Source of the DNA: Escherichia phage vB_EcoM_KAW3E185
Direction: 5' to 3' (one strand)
Sequence record: MK373782.1
Length of the DNA stretch: 64,000 nucleotides
Both the position numbers and the translations under genes were made by a program. Below, in pieces: positions 37,395-47,051 of this stretch. The notes under the pieces are model-generated. The model had not been told where the DNA came from, ran no database searches, and saw nothing but the letters and a program-made list of their open reading frames with translations. Position 1 is the first letter of the stretch. Every line of letters starts with the position of its first letter.

Positions 37395-37768
37395 CTTATT
37401 TCCTTAACGAATTCCATAGCTTCTTCATATTCATACTTTTTAACAGCCTCGTCATATTGGGCTCTTGCTTTTGCACATTGAATTTTCCATTCACGTACTC
37501 GAGCTCTATAATGACGTCCTTGGTACCAATATCCCACCCAATTAATAGGCATTAATAAAAATGGCACAATAAACGACCCGGCTATAATAAGTAAAAACAC
37601 TGCATCAGACGATATAACTTCACTAGAATCTAAAACAGCTCCTATAATCATAAAGATTAAAAATGCTAAAGCTAAAATAGGGCCAAATAGTACTTCATTT
37701 GGGATTAATTTACGCTTGTATTCATACGCCCAGGGCTTACTTGGTATGTATAGGGTTGGCTTTGACAT
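37373..37768 (-). CDS. hypothetical membrane protein (about 131 aa)
   Basis: ATG at 37768 within the junction cassette; two hydrophobic segments. Confidence 0.5.
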   Translation of the reverse strand: MSKPTLYIPSKPWAYEYKRKLIPNEVLFGPILALAFLIFMIIGAVLDSSEVISSDAVFLLIIAGSFIVPFLLMPINWVGYWYQGRHYRARVREWKIQCAKARAQYDEAVKKYEYEEAMEFVKEIRCKSLNS

Positions 37769-38339
37769 ATTCTCTACATTCCATAATAAATTGCTCAAGG
37801 ATTAAATTGTTAGTGAAATTAGGACTAACAACCATGGTTTCATAAAGCGCATCAATAGCACTTAAAGCATCAACTCTTTTAAGCAAAGGCTTGCCTTCAT
37901 ACATAGTTTCAGAATCGACGATTAACGTAAAGTAATATTTTTTATTATCGACTAGAACTTCTGTATCGATATAAAACATATTAGACCTCAGAAGCTTATC
38001 TCTAAAACCATAATAATCTTCTGAACGTTCACTGATATATTCCCATTCAGTGTTTAAACAACAAACAGACCATGTAGGAGCAACGAAATCAGTGAATCTA
38101 ATATCATGGTCTGCAACTAGTTTAGCAATAGCTCCGATATCATGAATCATAATACCTGGGGCTAATAAAGATTTTCTGCTATGGCTAGCCGTTTTCTCAG
38201 TAGTCTCATAAGAAGACGACCAGTACCATTTACGTCCGGTTGCAACATATCGTAATGAATCAACTAAAGACGTAGGTGGATTTACCTTATCTCGGAACTC
38301 TTCGAACATTGAGTCAATATCATTATTTTGGTTTCGCAT
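37737..38339 (-). CDS. hypothetical protein (about 200 aa)
   Basis: ORF-track start is TTG; ATG at 38339 preceded by GGAG. Confidence 0.5.
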   Translation of the reverse strand: MRNQNNDIDSMFEEFRDKVNPPTSLVDSLRYVATGRKWYWSSSYETTEKTASHSRKSLLAPGIMIHDIGAIAKLVADHDIRFTDFVAPTWSVCCLNTEWEYISERSEDYYGFRDKLLRSNMFYIDTEVLVDNKKYYFTLIVDSETMYEGKPLLKRVDALSAIDALYETMVVSPNFTNNLILEQFIMECREYVKANPIHTK

Positions 38340-38356
38340 GTTAACTCCTTTATTAT

Positions 38357-38380
38357 CCAAAAGGAGGACCGGAGTCCTCC
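38357..38380 (-). terminator. rho-independent terminator (minus strand)
   Basis: GGAGGAC...GTCCTCC hairpin followed by UUUUGG on the minus-strand RNA. Confidence 0.45.
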
Positions 38381-38388
38381 GTATTATT

Positions 38389-38982
38389 TTATTTCAAAGA
38401 GTTAATATATTCTTGTACATCAGCAGAAGTGGTTTCGACACCGGCTGGAGTGCCATTGAACGTTTCAACACGAGTCAGAGTGTCTTCGATATCAACCTTA
38501 GTCAGTGCAGCGATTTCAATTACATCATCAGCCGTAGAGATACCAAGGGCATTGGCTGCTCGAGTTTCACGAATGTATTCGAGTTTGATTGCCAGGTTCT
38601 GACGAGCATCGTCAAGTTCAACCACCTTACGAGCAATTTCAATTCGCATAGCGGCATACCCGTCAGCTTTTGTATTAAGTTGTTCGGCAGTTCGACGATA
38701 CAGAAGACCAAGCTTAGCATGCATGGTAACATCTTGTCCTTCGGCCAAGAGCTTACGAATTTCACGTTCCTTAGAAGCGGCTTGCTTATTCTTTTCAATA
38801 ACAAGTTCGCGAATACGTTTTTCTTCATTAATAGATTTAACAGAAGCCGTTTTTAGTTCTTTGATTTGGGTAATCAACTTATCTGCAGCTGCGTTATACT
38901 GTTCTTCGACAGTCAGATTTTTAGCCATAGCAGTACCCAGTTTAGTGCGGATGAATTCAACAAGTTTCTTCAGTGTGTTCAT
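38389..38982 (-). CDS. coiled-coil protein, PspA/IM30-like (about 197 aa)
   Basis: ATG at 38982; long amphipathic coiled-coil sequence throughout; family assignment from pattern only. Confidence 0.45.
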   Translation of the reverse strand: MNTLKKLVEFIRTKLGTAMAKNLTVEEQYNAAADKLITQIKELKTASVKSINEEKRIRELVIEKNKQAASKEREIRKLLAEGQDVTMHAKLGLLYRRTAEQLNTKADGYAAMRIEIARKVVELDDARQNLAIKLEYIRETRAANALGISTADDVIEIAALTKVDIEDTLTRVETFNGTPAGVETTSADVQEYINSLK

Positions 38983-39017
38983 ATTATTACCTTTCAATTG
39001 GTGGTCTATTATCCAAT

Positions 39018-39052
39018 GAGAGCATTATACTCTGCTCTCAAGAGTTTGTAAA
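39018..39052 (-). promoter_or_regulatory. early promoter TTTACA-17-TATAAT (minus strand)
   Basis: Core TATACTCTGCTCTCAAGAGTTTGTA is identical to the copy at 10676..10711. Confidence 0.5.
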
Positions 39053-39280
39053 TTATTTTTTAATCAAATTGACATAAAACTCGGCGTCTTCTGGGTGCAT
39101 GCCTTCACAGTATTCTTCAACCATGAACTTCTTAACAGCTTCATAAGGACCACTCAGATTAAGCTCAGTTGTCCAGAACTTGGAATCTTGGACCGAATCG
39201 ATACGAACGTCAGGGTGACGGTTGCGAATAACTTCTTCAGTATATTCATAATCAACGACATCAATACTAACTTTAGCCAT
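39053..39280 (-). CDS. hypothetical acidic protein (75 aa)
   Basis: ATG start. Confidence 0.5.
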   Translation of the reverse strand: MAKVSIDVVDYEYTEEVIRNRHPDVRIDSVQDSKFWTTELNLSGPYEAVKKFMVEEYCEGMHPEDAEFYVNLIKK

Positions 39281-39308
39281 TTTGTTTTCCTCTTGATTTG
39301 ATGTGATT

Positions 39309-39338
39309 ACTATAACATAAACTTACTTAGATGTAAAT
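39309..39338 (-). promoter_or_regulatory. early-promoter-like sequence TTTACA-17-TATAGT (minus strand)
   Basis: Sequence pattern only. Confidence 0.35.
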
Positions 39339-39490
39339 TATTTCAACGTCACCTTTAGCGGCTTTATAACCTTCAGCCCAAGATACAACAGAGTTTTTAT
39401 CTGAGGATTCAAATTCAGGCATTGGACTTTCACCAATATTCACACAGTATGTTTCTTCATTTTCATCGAACCAAATAATTAAAGTAGTCA
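39326..39490 (-). CDS. hypothetical small protein (54 aa)
   Basis: ATG at 39490 preceded by GAGGAG; below the ORF-track threshold. Confidence 0.3.
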
Positions 39491-39510
39491 TTTTGTTTAC
39501 TCCTCTGTAG

Positions 39511-39550
39511 TTGATAAGTCTATAGTATCACCATCCTTGGTGCTTGTACA
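39511..39550 (-). promoter_or_regulatory. early promoter cassette with spacer hairpin CACCAaggaTGGTG (minus strand)
   Basis: TGTACA at the -35 position; same CCAAGGATGG core as the 20881 cassette. Confidence 0.45.
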
Positions 39551-39559
39551 TCATTATTT

Positions 39560-39865
39560 TTAATTTTTCCAACTTAACAACTTGTAGTGGCCTTCATTCA
39601 TACGTGGTTTATCCCAAGAAATACTAATATATGATTCACTGTCAATAGAAGTCGCCGGGTTTTTCTCTACCGTAAGACCTTCACTTTCCAGCCATTCAAT
39701 AGTATTTGCACATAAATCAGAAGAACACCTAATCGGAAACCGGCAAGATTTTTCACCTTTAGCTGCAGCGTTATACATCTTTTCTAAAATACGCTTTTGC
39801 ACGTTTTTAAAAATAGTTTCAGCAGATTCTTCGGATTTTTTATTCAGTTCAGTATAAAGACTCAT
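39560..39865 (-). CDS. hypothetical protein (101 aa)
   Basis: ATG start. Confidence 0.5.
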   Translation of the reverse strand: MSLYTELNKKSEESAETIFKNVQKRILEKMYNAAAKGEKSCRFPIRCSSDLCANTIEWLESEGLTVEKNPATSIDSESYISISWDKPRMNEGHYKLLSWKN

Positions 39866-39884
39866 AACATTTTCCTCTGCGGTT

Positions 39885-39922
39885 GATAAGTCTATAGTAT
39901 CATGTCCTTAGAAGAAGTAAAC
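39885..39922 (-). promoter_or_regulatory. early promoter GTTTAC-17-TACTAT (minus strand)
   Basis: Followed by GAGGAAAA and ATG. Confidence 0.5.
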
Positions 39923-39954
39923 ATCTTTATGAAATATTTTTATGCCCTAGATAC

Positions 39955-39982
39955 CAAAAAGCCCCAACCGTAAGGAAGGGGC
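39955..39982 (-). terminator. rho-independent terminator (minus strand)
   Basis: GCCCCttccttacggttGGGGC hairpin followed by UUUUU; near-identical to the copy at 40498. Confidence 0.55.
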
Positions 39983-39988
39983 ATTCTA

Positions 39989-40453
39989 TTATTTAATTTG
40001 TTTAGCAGACCAGATACGGTCTTTAATAAGTTTTTGGATATCTTCAACATACTCAAGGCTATGAGCGTGAGGATTATCTTTGAAACTACGTGCTCGTGCC
40101 AGTTTCTGGCCTTCTGTTTTGATTACTAAAAGCTCTTTAAGAATTGCTTCATACTTAGAAATAATTCCTTTAACGATATTTTTTTCTTGAGCTGTTTTAG
40201 GGTCAGTTTTTGGCGCAGGTGCTTTACCTGTAGCTTTCTGGAACAATTCACCTGATGCAGCTAGGCTTTTAAAAACTCGGCTAACAGTATTAGCATTAGT
40301 AAAACCTTCGGCTTTAAAATCTCTAATAAAACGGAAACGTTCTTCATCGGAGGCGTCTTTGTAAGAATATTTACCTGCTTGAATTGCTGCAATCGCAGCG
40401 GCTTTTACATCTGAACTAGATTGTTCAGTCAAAAATTCAGCGTATGATTTCAT
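39989..40453 (-). CDS. internal-protein-like gene with capsid-targeting-like leader (154 aa)
   Basis: Starts MKSYAEFLTEQ (variant of MKTYQEFI...E); Ala/Lys-rich. Confidence 0.5.
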   Translation of the reverse strand: MKSYAEFLTEQSSSDVKAAAIAAIQAGKYSYKDASDEERFRFIRDFKAEGFTNANTVSRVFKSLAASGELFQKATGKAPAPKTDPKTAQEKNIVKGIISKYEAILKELLVIKTEGQKLARARSFKDNPHAHSLEYVEDIQKLIKDRIWSAKQIK

Positions 40454-40497
40454 GTTGCTTTTCCTAAGTTAATTAACTTATCTATTTATTATTATGC

Positions 40498-40526
40498 CAA
40501 AAAGCCCCAACCGTAAGGAAGGGGCT
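40498..40526 (-). terminator. rho-independent terminator (minus strand)
   Basis: Same hairpin module followed by UUUUU; lies just downstream of the tRNA-like RNA. Confidence 0.55.
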
Positions 40527-40565
40527 AAGCCTTGCGGCAACCTTGTCGGGGTTCCACCTGCTAAG

Positions 40566-40722
40566 GCAAGTGTTTGTACGAAACGCCGGGATTCGAACCC
40601 GGTTATTAAGCAGTTGACGCTACTCAATATTTTTAAAAGGCCATATCTCGACCATATCCGAACGTTCCGTCAAAAACGCTACTCGGCTTACGGCAAAGAT
40701 ATTTCCTCGAATCGATAATTCG
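40566..40722 (-). ncRNA. tRNA-like structured RNA (about 155 nt; possibly a species-1/2-type stable RNA)
   Basis: Minus-strand RNA has 5' GAAACGGCG pairing with 3' CGGCGUUUCG (one mismatch) and a canonical T-arm CCGGGUUCGAAUCCCGG; boundaries approximate. Confidence 0.4.
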
Positions 40723-40832
40723 GTGCGCCGTTTCTGTTGTGATAGTAAAGAATCAGAACACAGTAAAACTGTGGGAGAAACTATACTCCAGGGAACATCA
40801 GTCCGACGACTTACCGGTAGCGACCCGGTTTC

Positions 40833-41177
40833 TCATTTTGGCATATCATCAATTTGCTCTCGACGCCGACGCCATAGATTAATCGCTTCATTAACACATT
40901 CGGCGTTTGGTATATGACGGCAATAATATAATGATTCGCGTTTCTGGAACCGATGTTGCAACGGGATTTCGTTTAAAAGATCTTTACGATCAAAGTATTC
41001 AAAACTAGTTAACCCTGAACGGTTTTTAATGAACTTCCAATGGCCGAATTCATTTTGAACATAGATGTAATCGGCATGCTGATAAAGTGAATTAATCAAT
41101 CGATGAGAAATAACTGTATCATATTCATTAAAATAAAACGTTAAATCATGAACTACCAAATAAATATTGCCTTTCAT
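40833..41177 (-). CDS. hypothetical protein (about 114 aa)
   Basis: ATG at 41177 preceded by GAGGA, just downstream of tRNA-Arg; the ORF track extends into the tRNA. Confidence 0.45.
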   Translation of the reverse strand: MKGNIYLVVHDLTFYFNEYDTVISHRLINSLYQHADYIYVQNEFGHWKFIKNRSGLTSFEYFDRKDLLNEIPLQHRFQKRESLYYCRHIPNAECVNEAINLWRRRREQIDDMPK

Positions 41178-41195
41178 ATTTTCCTCACTTATAAT

Positions 41196-41272
<77 letters not shown>

Positions 41273-41275
41273 GAT

Positions 41276-41352
41276 TGGTGACCCAGACCAGATTCGAACT
41301 GGTAACCTTTCCCTTATGAGGGGACTGCTGCTAACCGTTGAGCTACAGGGCC
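41276..41352 (-). tRNA. tRNA-Ile (anticodon CAU, Ile2-type)
   Basis: Minus-strand GGCCCTGTAGCTCAACGGTTAGCAGCAGTCCCCTCATAAGGG...TTCGAATC...CACCA; anticodon loop CUCAUAA; called Ile rather than Met from the T4 tRNA set. Confidence 0.75.
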
Positions 41353-41431
41353 TAAATAACTTTCTATTATGAAAGGCACTTTAGAGCACCTTTGGTAATA
41401 GAGGGTATGAATTAATAATAACACATAATTC

Positions 41432-41947
41432 TTAAAGCAAATCAATCATTTTAACAGTTGGCAAAACGATTTCTTCTTCAATATAAGCAAATTCAACACA
41501 TTCAACTACACACAAGAAATCATAATCATAATATTCAGAAGCATGTCCAAGAATACCAACGAGACCTTCTGATACTAAATATCCATTCTCACAGAACAGG
41601 TCGAATACACGCGATTCGTCTTCTTCAGATTTATTACCAAGGTCGACTTCAATATCAAAGACCTTTTTAATGAATTCTGGATAAAGATGGTCTGAGAACA
41701 GTCCTTCAACCAGATATTCGTAGATAATAAGCGAGCAATCACTGAATGGTGTATTACCACAGTAACGTTCAGCTTTAGTGCTAGAATGACGACTCTTAAA
41801 TTTCTTCAAGAGATATTTAAACTGTTGGAGCTCATGCTCTTCTACACCAAATAATGTTTTGGTTTTATAGTTGTCGCCGTCATTTTCCGAAGTAGTGACA
41901 TCAATTACGTAACCTTTAGGGATTGTACTGCCTAAACAAATATTCAT
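41432..41947 (-). CDS. hypothetical acidic protein (171 aa)
   Basis: ATG start. Confidence 0.5.
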   Translation of the reverse strand: MNICLGSTIPKGYVIDVTTSENDGDNYKTKTLFGVEEHELQQFKYLLKKFKSRHSSTKAERYCGNTPFSDCSLIIYEYLVEGLFSDHLYPEFIKKVFDIEVDLGNKSEEDESRVFDLFCENGYLVSEGLVGILGHASEYYDYDFLCVVECVEFAYIEEEIVLPTVKMIDLL

Positions 41948-41951
41948 TTAC

Positions 41952-42242
41952 TCACCGTACCATATTAATGTAATTATATTCAATGCAACGTAATTTCAAA
42001 GTGTTCTTGAAAATATCGTATTCAAGAGGGCCTGATTCAGTTTCAATAAAGAAATCAAAATTAACTGTGTTAAATTTATTGTCTTCACAGAGTAATTTAA
42101 CCTGTGAAGATGAACGGTCGATATAAACCTTTTCAACCTCAAAGTTAGTCAGAATACCGTAGTCATCGACTAGTGCTTTAGCTGCACGTTGGTCGCTTTC
42201 ATATCCATTCTCAACGGATTTTACCTTAGCATAAAGAATCAT
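41952..42242 (-). CDS. hypothetical protein (96 aa)
   Basis: ATG start. Confidence 0.5.
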   Translation of the reverse strand: MILYAKVKSVENGYESDQRAAKALVDDYGILTNFEVEKVYIDRSSSQVKLLCEDNKFNTVNFDFFIETESGPLEYDIFKNTLKLRCIEYNYINMVR

Positions 42243-42601
42243 GAATGTTCCACCACTTCAAAGGTATGAGCATCAACAATATGATACCAGTCAAAATTTT
42301 CTTCTGAGTTTTTATAAATTTCGCGAAGAGCTTCAACAGTTTTTCCTGTAGCAACAAGATCATCAATACCACCAAGAGGATAACAGTCATAACCAGCAAA
42401 CAGAAGGAAATTAATAGTTTCTGTAGGTTCTGGATGCAGAACACCGTTATCGTCTACCACTTCAAAGAAAGTGTAAGAAGGAGTACAAGTTTTAATCCAA
42501 GCCCAGGCTTGAGCTGCTGAATCAAATGGTCCGCGTATCAAACGACAATCAGGGTCTTTAGAAGGATTTGCTTCAAAATCTGCATATACATGATATTTCA
42601 T
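42239..42601 (-). CDS. hypothetical protein (about 120 aa)
   Basis: ORF-track start is TTG; ATG at 42601 preceded by AAAGGTGA. Confidence 0.5.
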   Translation of the reverse strand: MKYHVYADFEANPSKDPDCRLIRGPFDSAAQAWAWIKTCTPSYTFFEVVDDNGVLHPEPTETINFLLFAGYDCYPLGGIDDLVATGKTVEALREIYKNSEENFDWYHIVDAHTFEVVEHS

Positions 42602-42602
42602 T

Positions 42603-42788
42603 TTACTCACCTTTTGCAATTTTATCCATAACGATAGCGATTAAGCCGATTAGAAATGCTACTACCAATGAGATAGAATTTTCTGTTGTTGTCAGTAGTC
42701 CACAAATGAATCCTACAAACATCGAAAAACTAAAAGCCATTGAAGCAATTACTACAGCAACATTACGAATCAGTTCAGCGCGTTTCAT
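42603..42788 (-). CDS. hypothetical small membrane protein (about 61 aa)
   Basis: ATG at 42788 preceded by GGAG; single hydrophobic helix. Confidence 0.45.
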   Translation of the reverse strand: MKRAELIRNVAVVIASMAFSFSMFVGFICGLLTTTENSISLVVAFLIGLIAIVMDKIAKGE

Positions 42789-42814
42789 TTTATTTCTCCA
42801 TTTACTCATTTGTT

Positions 42815-42855
42815 TTGATAGGACTACTATATCATATCCCTATAGGCTTGTATAC
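42815..42855 (-). promoter_or_regulatory. early promoter cassette, GATAGGACTA family (minus strand)
   Basis: GTATAC-spacer-TATAG with TAGGACTA... repeat, then AAAAC. Confidence 0.45.
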
Positions 42856-42857
42856 CT

Positions 42858-43121
42858 TTATTTCAAATATATTGCGTATTTTTTATAGCCACCAGGCTCG
42901 TGTCGAAGACCTTTATCATTTGCAAAACGTTGAATGTTATTGAACTGATTTTCATCAAGTTCAGACGTGTCAAATATGAAAAAGTTTCGTTTGTTACCAA
43001 GCGTGATATGCGGAGTTAAGTCAATGTTATACAAATTAAGAATATCAACAATAACCTGATTGACCGCTTTGTTAATTTTCACACCAGACGATTCTGAGAT
43101 GAATTCGTTGAAAGTTTTCAT
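42858..43121 (-). CDS. internal-protein-like gene with capsid-targeting leader (about 87 aa)
   Basis: Starts MKTFNEFISES. Confidence 0.55.
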   Translation of the reverse strand: MKTFNEFISESSGVKINKAVNQVIVDILNLYNIDLTPHITLGNKRNFFIFDTSELDENQFNNIQRFANDKGLRHEPGGYKKYAIYLK

Positions 43122-43144
43122 TTTAGGTTCCATTTGGTTGTTTT

Positions 43145-43183
43145 GATAGGACTACTATAACATAGTCCTATCAGCATGTAAAC
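43145..43183 (-). promoter_or_regulatory. early promoter with inverted repeat GATAGGACTA/TAGTCCTATC around the -10 (minus strand)
   Basis: GTTTAC-18nt-TATAGT, then AAAAC. Confidence 0.5.
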
Positions 43184-43186
43184 TAC

Positions 43187-43474
43187 TTACAGAAGAGTTT
43201 TTGCAATAATTTTAAGCTGAGCTACAGAAATATGCTTAGCTTTAAACAGTGCAGTCTCTTCAGCCGGAGAGATAACAATAGTAGCGCCATCTTTCTTAGC
43301 AGACCATCCATCCCCTAAGTAAACAGTACCTTTTACTTCTTCACCATCAACCAGACTAATCATTGGTTTACCCTCACGTCCTTTATTTGTTTTAATAACT
43401 TCAGAAGTAAGGGATGCTTCGGTCAGAGTAGAAACGTTAGCAACAGGTGATATAAATTCTTTATAGGTTTTCAT
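43187..43474 (-). CDS. internal-protein-like gene with capsid-targeting leader (95 aa)
   Basis: Starts MKTYKEFIS...TE; ATG start; own promoter upstream. Confidence 0.55.
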   Translation of the reverse strand: MKTYKEFISPVANVSTLTEASLTSEVIKTNKGREGKPMISLVDGEEVKGTVYLGDGWSAKKDGATIVISPAEETALFKAKHISVAQLKIIAKTLL

Positions 43475-43501
43475 TTTATTTCCTTGAGGTTGTTTATTTG
43501 A

Positions 43502-43538
43502 TAGGATGATAGTAACACACCATCATCCTTATGTAAAC
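43502..43538 (-). promoter_or_regulatory. early promoter with 9-bp inverted repeat AGGATGATG/CATCATCCT around the -10 (minus strand)
   Basis: GTTTAC-18nt-TACTAT. Confidence 0.5.
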
Positions 43539-43551
43539 TGTTTTGTGAAAA

Positions 43552-44237
<686 letters not shown>

Positions 44238-44241
44238 TTTA

Positions 44242-44976
44242 TTACCTTAAGATTGTTTCAATTTTAGAATAAAGCTCTTCTAAAGAGCCGTCGTTTGTAA
44301 TAACTAAATCGCCTTCTTCAATAGGCAACCCAGCTTCTGTAATATGTTTATCGGTGGATTCCGTACCAGAGCGAACCACATGAATAACTGTAGCACCCAT
44401 CGCTCTAGCGGTTTCCATTTCATGGACTTGGCGTGTATCGGTCACAACATAGTAATCGAAATCACTTCCAATATAATCCGTATAGTTTAATGCAAAAAGT
44501 TTAACCCAATACATACGGTCAAATAAATTAACGACAACATCCGTACCGAGGGCTTGCATAAGACGGCGGATTGACCATGTGTCGTTGATATTATTTATAG
44601 CTTCACGCAGGGCTTCATATGGTTTAATATCTAGATACGAATATCCACCTTCTAACGATGATAATACTTTAACATTATTAATCGGTAAATATTGACTTTG
44701 CAAATAAATTAGCGCTTCTTCCAATAATTCAATAACATCCAACTTATTGAGATTTAATGGTGTTTCACGGTCGTATCCAATGCCTTCAAAGTATTCGTAT
44801 TTCAACTCTGTGAATACATCAGGATTTTCAGCATGCCTACGTCCCCAGGCTATTGCTAGAGCGTCTTTAATTGGATATGCTAATTGGTATTTTACGGATT
44901 TAAAGTTTGAATTGATGTAATCAGCAGTGGTGTCTTTACCACTACGTTTGATGCCACTTAAAAAGATTAGCTCCAT
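44242..44976 (-). CDS. 1: dNMP kinase gp1 (244 aa)
   Basis: MELIFLSGIKRSGKDTTADYI... and ...WSIRRLMQALGTD...MGATVIHVVR... match recalled T4 gp1. Confidence 0.9.
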   Translation of the reverse strand: MELIFLSGIKRSGKDTTADYINSNFKSVKYQLAYPIKDALAIAWGRRHAENPDVFTELKYEYFEGIGYDRETPLNLNKLDVIELLEEALIYLQSQYLPINNVKVLSSLEGGYSYLDIKPYEALREAINNINDTWSIRRLMQALGTDVVVNLFDRMYWVKLFALNYTDYIGSDFDYYVVTDTRQVHEMETARAMGATVIHVVRSGTESTDKHITEAGLPIEEGDLVITNDGSLEELYSKIETILR

Positions 44977-45029
44977 AGGTTTTCCTCATATAATTTATGA
45001 GTGATTATAACATACGGAGCTAGAAGCGA

Positions 45030-45614
45030 TTAACGCAAGGAAGGGTGTCTAGAAATGGATTTAGATTCGACTGCTTGACGTGGTTGTTGAGATACAATGA
45101 CTTCACCATCCTTTTCTATCGTCATGTACGCATAGTGAATAGTTGCTACGCACGTAACGGCAGGGTCAGAGTCTTCGGTGTAACTAAATTCAATTTCACT
45201 CAAATCAGAAATCCATGGTTTATAGAAATTCGCCGTCAAAACTACTTCAGTCTTATTGTTGTTTAAAATGTGCAAAGTAACAAACTCAGGACCATCGGAG
45301 TGGGCCGTATTATGTCCGGTTATATAGTTATTAGTGCTGAGCATCCATTTATACATGTTCATCCAGGACGTCATGTCTTCATCAACTATAAATCGTACAA
45401 CAAAAGGGTCGTATTCAAATGTGGTGCCTGCACGCATTGCACGTCCTAACCCCATCGTGCCTGTCACAGTTTCAACAACAGGAATTCTCACACCTGGCAA
45501 TGGAGCCGTTTGGGCATTGAGCACAAAACCTGAAGTTCGTGTACTATCTGGGATATCCACAACAAAGTTTGTTATATTTGTTTGGTTAAAAATCTGTCTC
45601 GTTGGACGAGTCAT
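45030..45614 (-). CDS. 3: tail completion/sheath stabilizer gp3 (about 194 aa)
   Basis: Position between genes 1 and 2; ATG at 45614 (ORF-track start at 45620 is GTG). Confidence 0.8.
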   Translation of the reverse strand: MTRPTRQIFNQTNITNFVVDIPDSTRTSGFVLNAQTAPLPGVRIPVVETVTGTMGLGRAMRAGTTFEYDPFVVRFIVDEDMTSWMNMYKWMLSTNNYITGHNTAHSDGPEFVTLHILNNNKTEVVLTANFYKPWISDLSEIEFSYTEDSDPAVTCVATIHYAYMTIEKDGEVIVSQQPRQAVESKSISRHPSLR

Positions 45615-45716
45615 AAGCACCTCAAAAACGCTTTAATAAAAATGCAGTATAATGGTTTTAGGTCTCTTCCATTAATCCGGTTCAACAGAATATCAGAAGA
45701 ACGGAAGAGAATAGAA

Positions 45717-46538
45717 TTAAGATTTCCAAACAGTATTCGCAGAGAAACGTTTTCCTTTTGACATAAACTGCTGAGTAGGTAACATGATTATGTTAGCCCA
45801 GTCTTTAGGAGCTATTTCTGTTATTGTTCCTCTAATGTGGCCTGGCAGGTATGCTTTAATCATTTTGTCAGCACCTTGAAATCCTTTCACCTTGCTCCAG
45901 TCTATCTTCAACTTTGTGTTATTAGTAATAGTAGTTGTGCTAGCATATTGCTTCAGCAATTCTTCAAGAAACTGTTGTCGTGCTTTAGGTGGGATATAGT
46001 GCAAGTTTAACCCGTACATCAAATTATGTTTACCTAATCCTAAATAAATAATCAAAGGATATCGGTCCCAGTATGGCAGAGTATCTTTATGTTTAGCATC
46101 ATACACGTAAGTATAAATTTTGCCTGGCGTAGGCTTGACTACTTTATGACCTTTTACACTTTTTTTAATTGTTTCAACAAACCACTTAGATGATTTGTTG
46201 TTTACTGCTGCGCCTTCATTTCTAATCTTTTCTCGTATTGAACTGCGAAACGAGTTTATCATCAGAAGTTGACGTTCTTGCTTATTGAGTTTATTTTTAG
46301 GTTTAGATTCAAGCGTTTCAATTTTCTGTGCAGTCTTAATAGATGATGCATATCTAGACATTGCAGATGTAAACGACGAGTATTTTATTCCTTTTGATTC
46401 TGCAAATGCTTTTGCAGTGATTCCTTTCTCTTTAGCTTTCTTGTATTCTAATCCTATCTCAATCCATTTTCTTTCATTCATAGACTGAGCAATCTTAGGG
46501 GCTTGTACGCCTTCAGATATAATTTGGAATATGCTCAT
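45717..46538 (-). CDS. 2: DNA end-protector protein gp2 (273 aa)
   Basis: Length and position match T4 gp2. Confidence 0.85.
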   Translation of the reverse strand: MSIFQIISEGVQAPKIAQSMNERKWIEIGLEYKKAKEKGITAKAFAESKGIKYSSFTSAMSRYASSIKTAQKIETLESKPKNKLNKQERQLLMINSFRSSIREKIRNEGAAVNNKSSKWFVETIKKSVKGHKVVKPTPGKIYTYVYDAKHKDTLPYWDRYPLIIYLGLGKHNLMYGLNLHYIPPKARQQFLEELLKQYASTTTITNNTKLKIDWSKVKGFQGADKMIKAYLPGHIRGTITEIAPKDWANIIMLPTQQFMSKGKRFSANTVWKS

Positions 46539-46540
46539 AA

Positions 46541-46990
46541 TTACCCCTTGTATCCGAGTTTTCTAAGACCATCTTCGGTTAGAACTCGAAATTTTATATT
46601 TCTCTTTTCAGCAACAGCTGAGGCAGCTTTCCATTTGTCGCAGTTCACAGACCAGGTATATATTTCATTCATATAACGTTTCTTAGCCGCAGTTGTAAGA
46701 TTCACCGGTTTAATAGGTGGCTGAGTTTCTTTCTTTGGTTTTATTTCTACAAAGAACTCTTGACCTGATGCATCTTTCATCCATATGTCCATGTAGTATC
46801 GACGTTTCTTGCCTTCAGCATTACAAAAATATGGAATTACTGCTGTTTCACTACCCCATGCAATAATTTCTGGATTTTTATCCAACCATTCGAAAAAGAA
46901 TTTTTCCCAGTTTGAACGATACGTTATTTTGGTATGGTCTCCACGGTATTTTTTTAAATTTTTTGGGACCCATTTACCAGAGTAGGCCAT
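46541..46990 (-). CDS. 4: head completion protein gp4 (149 aa)
   Basis: ATG at 46990 preceded by GGAGG gives [14 protein letters not shown]..., about the T4 gp4 length; ORF track extends 48 codons upstream. Confidence 0.8.
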   Translation of the reverse strand: MAYSGKWVPKNLKKYRGDHTKITYRSNWEKFFFEWLDKNPEIIAWGSETAVIPYFCNAEGKKRRYYMDIWMKDASGQEFFVEIKPKKETQPPIKPVNLTTAAKKRYMNEIYTWSVNCDKWKAASAVAEKRNIKFRVLTEDGLRKLGYKG

Positions 46991-47001
46991 GTTGTCCTCC
47001 T

Positions 47002-47009
47002 TATAAATA
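47002..47009 (+). promoter_or_regulatory. late promoter TATAAATA (plus strand) upstream of gene 53
   Basis: Exact T4 late-promoter consensus 43 nt upstream of the gene 53 start. Confidence 0.6.
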
Positions 47010-47016
47010 GTATTAT

Positions 47017-47024
47017 TATTTATA
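47017..47024 (-). promoter_or_regulatory. late promoter TATAAATA (minus strand) upstream of gene 4
   Basis: Plus-strand TATTTATA is the reverse complement of TATAAATA, about 30 nt upstream of the gene 4 ATG. Confidence 0.55.
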
Positions 47025-47051
47025 CCAATTTCATATTGGAAGGAGACTATC

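Noticed and set aside
40494-40917. Plus-strand ORFs 40494..40718 and 40723..40917
   Set aside because: They overlap the minus-strand terminator and the tRNA-like RNA region; the sequence is better explained as structured RNA.
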